Assembly (NCBI GenBank): GCA_964402055.1
Contig: CAYOAV010000003.1
Coordinates: forward strand, 5,900-69,899
Source: an uncultured Ruminococcus sp.
Lineage (GTDB): Bacteria > Bacillota > Clostridia > Oscillospirales > Ruminococcaceae
Reading direction: 5' to 3'
Length of the DNA: 64,000 bases
Position numbers and translations under genes: made by a program. Within the stretch, counting starts at the first letter, position 1; each line of letters begins with the position of its first letter. Shown here piece by piece: positions 58,554-64,000 of the stretch. A model generated the notes under the pieces. That model saw nothing but the letters and a program-made list of their open reading frames with translations. It ran no database searches and was not told where the DNA came from.

Positions 58554-59765
58554 ATGAATAAAGTAAAACGCTTTGTTATCACGGACGCTGATTCCTTTGT
58601 AAGAGGCGGCACATCTGACGATCCTCATATCATCCCGATTCCCGAGCATAATTTTGATCGTCTTGCCGATTTTACAGAAAATAACCGCTATCCTGTTATG
58701 CACGAAATACAGCTGCCCGATGGAAGAATGTCCATTCATCCTGCACGTTATGCAGGTATAATAACACTTCGTGACGGCACACAAATCGAGCTGATGCCGC
58801 AGATATCCGCTGATAAAAACGAAAATACTATCGTTTCAAAAATGCTGATTCTTCGTATGCTTGAAGCTATGATCGAAGTCCCTGTAAAAAGAGTAACCGA
58901 AAAATACTTCAAAAAAGAACAGCTGAATATATTCGAAATATGCGTCAGAATGTTTCTTGACGAGGTAGAAAACGTTGTAAGAGGCGGTCTGAAACAGACT
59001 TATGTTCCATACAGAGGAAATGAACCGTTTGTAAAAGGAAAAACGATTTATTCCGAACACGCTAAGAAAAATTATGCACATAAAGAAAAGTTTTTCGTTG
59101 AATACGATGTTTTCAGCATAAACCGTTCGGAAAATAAGCTTATAAAGACTACTCTCTCCGCACTTTCAAAGCTTTCCACAAACGGACTTAACCTTAAAAG
59201 GATAAGAACGTTACTAATGGATTTCGATGGAGTGGATTTTTCCACAAATCTTAAGCGTGATTTCAAAAATGTCGTTGACGACAGAAGCATGGCAAGATAT
59301 TCAAGAGCTATGGGTTGGTGCAGGCTTTTTCTCTTAAACAAGGGAACAACAGCTTTTTTTTGCGGTGGAAAGGTTGCTTATGCAATGCTCTTCCCAATTG
59401 ACAAGCTTTTTTGCGGCTGTATCGCTACAAGCCTTCGCCGTCAGATAGACCGCTCAAAATACAACTTCCTGACCCCTGAAAAAATGACAAATTCTGTCAA
59501 CAACGTTTCACTCGACCTTAATATGGAGCCTGTTTCCAATTTTTATGTTAAAAACAAGCAGGACGATTCATATATAAATATTATATTCAAATTCTACGAT
59601 TTCAAGAGCTATCACGGAAAGGATACAGACGATACTGCTGTTGTTTTTCCCGTTACAGAGGTTCTAAATCGTGAGCTTGAAGGATTGCAAAAGAACATGT
59701 ATCTTGTCGATTTAAAGGATATTGACGGAAGCGTTTCAATATTAAACGAAACCTTCTTTTTGTAA
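58554..59765 (+). CDS. mcrC: McrC-like partner protein with an apparently degenerate nuclease region
   Basis: 403 aa, 12 nt downstream of mcrB. McrC-typical N-terminal and central segments are present (IPIPEHNF, YAGIITLRDGTQIELMPQI, NKLIKTTLSAL, LFPIDKLF). The C-terminal PD-(D/E)xK positions are not recognisable (MEPV..., IIFKFYD). Confidence 0.72.
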   Translation: MNKVKRFVITDADSFVRGGTSDDPHIIPIPEHNFDRLADFTENNRYPVMHEIQLPDGRMSIHPARYAGIITLRDGTQIELMPQISADKNENTIVSKMLILRMLEAMIEVPVKRVTEKYFKKEQLNIFEICVRMFLDEVENVVRGGLKQTYVPYRGNEPFVKGKTIYSEHAKKNYAHKEKFFVEYDVFSINRSENKLIKTTLSALSKLSTNGLNLKRIRTLLMDFDGVDFSTNLKRDFKNVVDDRSMARYSRAMGWCRLFLLNKGTTAFFCGGKVAYAMLFPIDKLFCGCIATSLRRQIDRSKYNFLTPEKMTNSVNNVSLDLNMEPVSNFYVKNKQDDSYINIIFKFYDFKSYHGKDTDDTAVVFPVTEVLNRELEGLQKNMYLVDLKDIDGSVSILNETFFL

Positions 59766-59779
59766 ATTTTATGTGTTTT

Positions 59780-59803
59780 ACCGCTCTTCGGAGCGGTTTT
59801 TTT
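59780..59803 (+). terminator. Intrinsic terminator of the mcrBC-like operon
   Basis: ACCGCTC-TTCG-GAGCGGT followed by TTTTTTT, 15 nt after the mcrC stop. Confidence 0.85.
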
Positions 59804-59823
59804 CTGTTTTTTTCAAATAACTA

Positions 59824-59852
59824 TTGCATTTTTTTCAAAAAAAGTGTATAAT
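59824..59852 (+). promoter_or_regulatory. Candidate sigma-A promoter (TTGCAT-17 nt-TATAAT) preceding a non-coding stretch of about 260 nt
   Basis: TTGCAT at 59824-59829, a 17-nt spacer and TATAAT at 59847-59852. Confidence 0.5.
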
Positions 59853-60114
59853 GAATTAAAGTATCTATGTAAAATATACTAAACACCATTTAAATCGGAA
59901 AAAATCAAGCCGACAATCTCGGATATATTGGATTTTGGCACAAATTTTTCCTGTATTCTGATGGTATTTAGTATCAGGAAGCAACCGATTAAAGTAAAGC
60001 GTTCGTTTCGTCATTTTGAAAATGTACGAATTTACGTCTTTGAGTACATTTTGAAAAACGACAGAAACATATTAATCAGCGGTTCCTTAGATACTTTTGA
60101 AAGGATATGATGCT

Positions 60115-60306
60115 ATGAACGAATATTCAGAAAAAAATTCATCCGATATCCTGCATATACTTTTATGGGTAACAGGTATATTGTCATTTATTCTCGGATT
60201 TGTCCTCGGCGTATGCTCTTGGAAAAAGCTGGATAAGCTCCGCAATAAGCATAACAACGAAAAATTTGACGCTGACGAATATATCCGCAGTCTTAATCTT
60301 GAATAA
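60115..60306 (+). CDS. Small membrane protein (63 aa), function unknown
   Basis: The ATG at 60115 lies 9 nt after AAAGGA. There is one TM segment (ILHILLWVTGILSFILGFVLGVC) and a charged tail. It lies immediately upstream of ychF. Confidence 0.45.
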   Translation: MNEYSEKNSSDILHILLWVTGILSFILGFVLGVCSWKKLDKLRNKHNNEKFDADEYIRSLNLE

Positions 60307-60328
60307 AATAAAAAAGGAATTATGAAAT

Positions 60329-61423
60329 ATGAAGCTTGGTATGGTTGGTCTTCCGAATGTCGGAAAAAGTACACTTTTTAACGCACTCACAAACGCAGGT
60401 GCAGAATCCGCTAACTACCCTTTCTGCACAATTGAACCAAATGTCGGAGTTGTTTCCGTTCCCGATGAGCGTCTTTTGAAGCTCAAGGAAATGTATGAGC
60501 CGAATAAATTTACCCCTGCAACTCTTGAATTTGTTGATATTGCAGGTCTTGTAAAGGGTGCTTCAAAGGGTGAAGGTCTTGGAAATAAATTCCTTGCAAA
60601 TATCCGTGAGGTTGATGCTATCGTTCACGTTGTACGTTGCTTTGAAGGTACGGACGTTATTCACGTTGATGGTAATATCAACCCGAGAAGAGATATCGAA
60701 ACAATAGACCTTGAGCTTATTTTCTCGGATATTGAAATGCTCGACAGAAGAATCGACCGCACTAAAAAGCTTGTCAAGGGTGATAAAAAATATATCGCTG
60801 AAGTGGAATTTCTTGAAAAGCTTAAGGCTCACCTTGAAGCAGGTCACTCCGCACGTTCCTTTGACTTCACCGAGGAAGAAGCAGAAGCAATTAAAAGCAC
60901 TCCCCTCCTCTCTGCGAAGCCTGTAATTTTTGCGGCCAACCTCTCCGAGGAGGATTTCAAAAATAATATTGAAAATTCTGTGCATTATAAAACGGTGTGC
61001 GAAATAGCCGCAGAAGAAAAGGCATCCGTTTTCCCGATATGTGCTCAGCTTGAAGCCGAAATATCCGATATGGGCGACGAGGACAAGGCAATGTTTCTTT
61101 CCGAGCTTGGTCTTGAAGTTTCGGGGCTTGACAGAATAATCAAGGAGGGTTATGCTCTGCTTGGTCTTATCTCATTCCTTACAGCAGGTAAGGACGAAGT
61201 AAGAGCATGGACTATCACCAACGGCACAAAAGCTCCCAAAGCCGCAGGTAAAATACATACCGATTTTGAAAAGGGCTTTATCAGAGCAGAGGTTGTTTCC
61301 TTTGAGGATCTTATGGCTTGCGGAACAATGGCTGCTGCAAAAGAAAAGGGGCTTGTACGTCTTGAAGGAAAGGAATATGTTGTCCGTGACGGAGATATTG
61401 TTCTTTTTCGCTTTAATGTATGA
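60329..61423 (+). CDS. ychF: Redox-regulated ATPase YchF
   Basis: 364 aa with [25 protein letters not shown] and a C-terminal TGS-like domain (FIRAEV...). Confidence 0.95.
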   Translation: MKLGMVGLPNVGKSTLFNALTNAGAESANYPFCTIEPNVGVVSVPDERLLKLKEMYEPNKFTPATLEFVDIAGLVKGASKGEGLGNKFLANIREVDAIVHVVRCFEGTDVIHVDGNINPRRDIETIDLELIFSDIEMLDRRIDRTKKLVKGDKKYIAEVEFLEKLKAHLEAGHSARSFDFTEEEAEAIKSTPLLSAKPVIFAANLSEEDFKNNIENSVHYKTVCEIAAEEKASVFPICAQLEAEISDMGDEDKAMFLSELGLEVSGLDRIIKEGYALLGLISFLTAGKDEVRAWTITNGTKAPKAAGKIHTDFEKGFIRAEVVSFEDLMACGTMAAAKEKGLVRLEGKEYVVRDGDIVLFRFNV

Positions 61424-61512
61424 TCGTAATGGGCAGTGTCCCTTATGATAGATAAACGAAAAACCGCCGAAAATAAGGTTTTTCAACAATATTTTTATTG
61501 GAGGAAATAAGA

Positions 61513-62985
61513 ATGAACACAAAAAAGATGCTCGCCGCAGTTATGGCACTCACCATGACAGCTGCACTCACCGCTTGTGGCGGAGATGACAGCAGCAGCA
61601 CTAATGACGGAGGTGAAACCACTACTACTACAGAAGCAACCACCACTACCGCAAAGACTGTTGCAATTAACACCGAAGGACTTAAGGATGATGAGCAGAC
61701 TGCTCTTGAAGGAGTTATGGAACAGCTCCAGGACGTTGATCTTGAAAACAAGACTGTTACCTACCTTGGACAGACAGATATCAACCCTTCAACTGACGGT
61801 GCAAGTAAATCTGTTGGACTTGAAATGTTCGAACAGAAATACGGCGGAAACATCGCATACATTCCTACAACCTGGGAAGACCGTTTTGATAACCTTTCCA
61901 CTCAGATCCTCAGCGGCGGCGGAGTTGATCTTTTTGATGGTGCAGATACTTCCAACTTCCCTAAGGGAATTATAAGCGGTATGTTCCAGCCTATCGATGA
62001 TTATATTGATATCAATTCTGCTATCTGGCAGAATGTTTCACAGGGACTTGAAATGTTTAAGTTCGGTGGTAAGCACTATGAATTCGTAACATCTGTATCA
62101 GCTGAACAGTTTGTTATTTATGATAAGTCTACTATCGAAGCATTCGGCTTTGATGATCCATGGGAGCTTTATGAAAAGGGCGAATGGAACTGGGATAGCT
62201 TCAAGTCAATGCTCTATGAGTTCGTTGATCCTGATGCTGATCAGTATGGTCTTGACGGCTGGTGGAACGAAAAGTCCCTCTTTATGTCCGCAGGCGTTCC
62301 TCTCGTTGGTCTTAGCGAAGACGGCGGTATCCAGAGCAATATTTACGATGCAACCGTTGAAAAGGCTATGAACTTCCAGTATGAGCTTAATCAGAATGGA
62401 TGCAGATTCCCAATGGCTGAATTCAGCTGGAGCGAGCATCCTGAATACCTCGGCGAAGGCAAGGAATTGTTCTACATAATCGGTGAATGGGGCTTCAAAG
62501 GCGATCCTTCAACATGGAGAGCTGCAGTATCTTCACCTGAAAATCTTGGTATCGCACCTGTTCCTTCCCCTGCTGGTTCTGATCCTTATCAGAGCGTATC
62601 TCTTACTGGTTATGCTCTCTGTAAGGGTGCTGCTAACCCTGAGGGTGCTGCTCTCTTCGCTGAATGCGAAACACTCTCTAAGGTTGATCCTGATACTATT
62701 GCTATTTCCGATAGAAAGGCTCTTGATGATAACCAGTGGACACAGGAAACACTTGACAAGGTTAAGGCAATTCACGAGCTTGCAAGACAGTACCCTGTTA
62801 TTGACTACTCCACAGGTTCATCCTCCGATATTGCTTCACTTACAACAGACGGCGGCGATGAAATGGGTATGAGATCTGCACTTTATGGTATTGAATGGGC
62901 TACGATGAAGGATCAGATCGGCGATACAGTTGAACTTCTCGTTGCTGAAGTTAATGAAAAGCTCCAGGCTGCTATTGCTGAATAA
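61513..62985 (+). CDS. ABC transporter extracellular solute-binding lipoprotein (sugar-type, family 1-like)
   Basis: The ATG at 61513 has a GGAGGA SD. The lipoprotein signal is MNTKKMLAAVMALTMTAALTACGG, followed by a Thr-rich linker and a large SBP body. Confidence 0.78.
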   Translation: MNTKKMLAAVMALTMTAALTACGGDDSSSTNDGGETTTTTEATTTTAKTVAINTEGLKDDEQTALEGVMEQLQDVDLENKTVTYLGQTDINPSTDGASKSVGLEMFEQKYGGNIAYIPTTWEDRFDNLSTQILSGGGVDLFDGADTSNFPKGIISGMFQPIDDYIDINSAIWQNVSQGLEMFKFGGKHYEFVTSVSAEQFVIYDKSTIEAFGFDDPWELYEKGEWNWDSFKSMLYEFVDPDADQYGLDGWWNEKSLFMSAGVPLVGLSEDGGIQSNIYDATVEKAMNFQYELNQNGCRFPMAEFSWSEHPEYLGEGKELFYIIGEWGFKGDPSTWRAAVSSPENLGIAPVPSPAGSDPYQSVSLTGYALCKGAANPEGAALFAECETLSKVDPDTIAISDRKALDDNQWTQETLDKVKAIHELARQYPVIDYSTGSSSDIASLTTDGGDEMGMRSALYGIEWATMKDQIGDTVELLVAEVNEKLQAAIAE

Positions 62986-63025
62986 TTTGTGATATTTCAG
63001 AATAATAATATTGGAGAAAAATAGA

Positions 63026-64000
63026 ATGAACACAAAAAAGATGCTTGCCGCAGTTATGGCACTCTCCATGACAGCTGCTCTTACCGCCTGTGGCGATAAT
63101 GGCGGCAGCACAAATGACGGCGACGCTACAACAACTACAGAAGCAACCACAACCACAGGTGTTACTGTAGAAGTAAACACCGAGGAGCTTAAAGATGAGG
63201 AGCAGGAAGCTCTCAACACTGTTATGGATCAGCTTCAGGATGTGGAACTTGAAAACAAGGAAATCAAGTGGTTTGCTAACTACGATCTTAACCCTACAAC
63301 CAACGGTGCTTCAAAAAAGGTTGAGGTTGAAATGTTCGAGCAGAAGTACGGCGGTACTATCAAGTACTATCCTACTGAATGGGCTGACAGATATGACAAG
63401 CTTTCTACATATCTTCTCGGCGGCGAAGGCATTGACTTCTACCCTGGCAACGATGCAAACAATCTACCGAGCGGTATCGTAAAGGGTATGTTCCAACCTG
63501 TTGATGATTATATCGACCTTGATTCTGCAATCTGGCAGAATGTTTCAAATGCAATGGAGCTTTACAACTTCGGTGGTAAGCACTGGACATTCGTAACAGC
63601 TGTTACACCTGAACAGGTACTCATCTACAACAAGGAAACAATTGAATCAAACGGTCTTGACGATCCTTGGGAGCTTTATGAGGCAGGCAACTGGAACTGG
63701 GAAACATTCAAGTCTATGCTTCTTGAATTCGTTGATCCTGATGCTGATCAGTACGGCCTTGACAACTGGTTCAATGAAAAGGCTCTTCACCTCTCCGCAG
63801 GCGTTCCCACAGTTTCCGCAGTTGACGGTCACGTTGTATGTAACATCAATGATCCTACAATTGAAAAGGCTATGAATTTCCAGTATGAGCTTTATCAGAA
63901 TGGACTTGTTCTTAACACAGAGCTTTTCAACTGGTCTATCCAGCCTCAGTTTATGGGTGAAGGCAAAGAGCTTTTCTGGCTTAACGGTACATGGGGAATT
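63026..64000 (+). CDS. Paralogous solute-binding lipoprotein, 5-prime part (runs off the right edge of the window)
   Basis: Absent from the ORF track because it has no stop in the window. Translation from the ATG at 63026 is open to 64000: MNTKKMLAAVMALSMTAALTACGDNGG...KYGGTIKYYPTEWADRYDKL...DPWELYEAGNWNWETFKSML, collinear with the preceding gene. Confidence 0.8.
   Translation, partial: MNTKKMLAAVMALSMTAALTACGDNGGSTNDGDATTTTEATTTTGVTVEVNTEELKDEEQEALNTVMDQLQDVELENKEIKWFANYDLNPTTNGASKKVEVEMFEQKYGGTIKYYPTEWADRYDKLSTYLLGGEGIDFYPGNDANNLPSGIVKGMFQPVDDYIDLDSAIWQNVSNAMELYNFGGKHWTFVTAVTPEQVLIYNKETIESNGLDDPWELYEAGNWNWETFKSMLLEFVDPDADQYGLDNWFNEKALHLSAGVPTVSAVDGHVVCNINDPTIEKAMNFQYELYQNGLVLNTELFNWSIQPQFMGEGKELFWLNGTWGI

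Noticed and set aside
57534-59765. Calling the McrBC locus a mobile genomic island.
   Set aside because: No integrase, transposase, flanking direct repeats or obvious compositional jump could be established by eye. It is reported only as an islet in AT-rich spacers.
59928-60110. 60-aa plus-strand ORF (TTG start) covering the hairpin-containing leader upstream of ychF.
   Set aside because: It has a non-ATG start, no SD and an unremarkable translation. The region is better explained as non-coding.
61610-61660. Short runs of repeated ACC/ACT/ACA codons, also at about 63130-63160. I considered them as possible tandem-repeat or CRISPR-like signal.
   Set aside because: They are simply Thr-rich linkers after the lipoprotein Cys. 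There is no repeat-spacer periodicity anywhere in the window, and no CRISPR array was seen.
61443-61751. Minus-strand ORFs rich in Val/Ser/Ala (61443-61751 and 62836-63219) opposite the 5-prime ends of the two solute-binding protein genes.
   Set aside because: They are the antisense reading of the signal-peptide and Thr-rich linker codons (ACC/ACT/ACA repeats). No SD is present, and the plus-strand genes are clearly real.

Overview
This 64-kb window is mostly conserved core chromosome of a low-GC, endospore-forming Firmicute. It looks like class Clostridia, possibly Oscillospiraceae/Ruminococcaceae, but I cannot verify taxonomy without a search. About 70 genes are tightly packed, mostly on the minus strand. 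Recognisable housekeeping blocks are tig-clpP-clpX-lon, rplS-lepB-rbgA-rnhB-yraN-thrC, a TIGR03960/TIGR03936 radical-SAM pair, mltG plus a U32 protein, and a DnaD-like/DnaC-like helicase-loader pair followed by cheV. Further blocks are spoIIGA-sigE with a convergent sigG, potABCD plus a GNAT, coaE-tsaC-prfA, rarA, glyA, a ynbB-like gene with type III glutamine synthetase, two M42 peptidases, and murD. The right half carries a SpoVB-like flippase, a secreted GH5, a YesM-type kinase, two tRNA-Gln genes, recR-ybaB-dnaX with the SRP RNA, ychF, and two tandem solute-binding lipoproteins. No CRISPR array, IS element, integrase or prophage was seen. Two small accessory loci stand out. (1) A relB/dinJ-yafQ toxin-antitoxin cassette has its toxin gene split by a 160-bp near-perfect long-hairpin (MITE/PATE-like) insertion. 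The cassette is bracketed by a 13-bp direct repeat derived from the cheV terminator. (2) A McrBC-like pair sits between the SRP RNA gene and ychF. Its McrB is a bare AAA+ GTPase core with no DNA-reader domain. Its McrC appears, by eye, to have lost the PD-(D/E)xK catalytic residues. That pair is my best candidate for a non-canonical or undescribed system. All protein calls rest on motif and whole-sequence recognition of the supplied translations. RNA and regulatory calls come from reading the sequence. No database search or folding program was run. Several ORF-track starts were trimmed to the first ATG that has a Shine-Dalgarno sequence.
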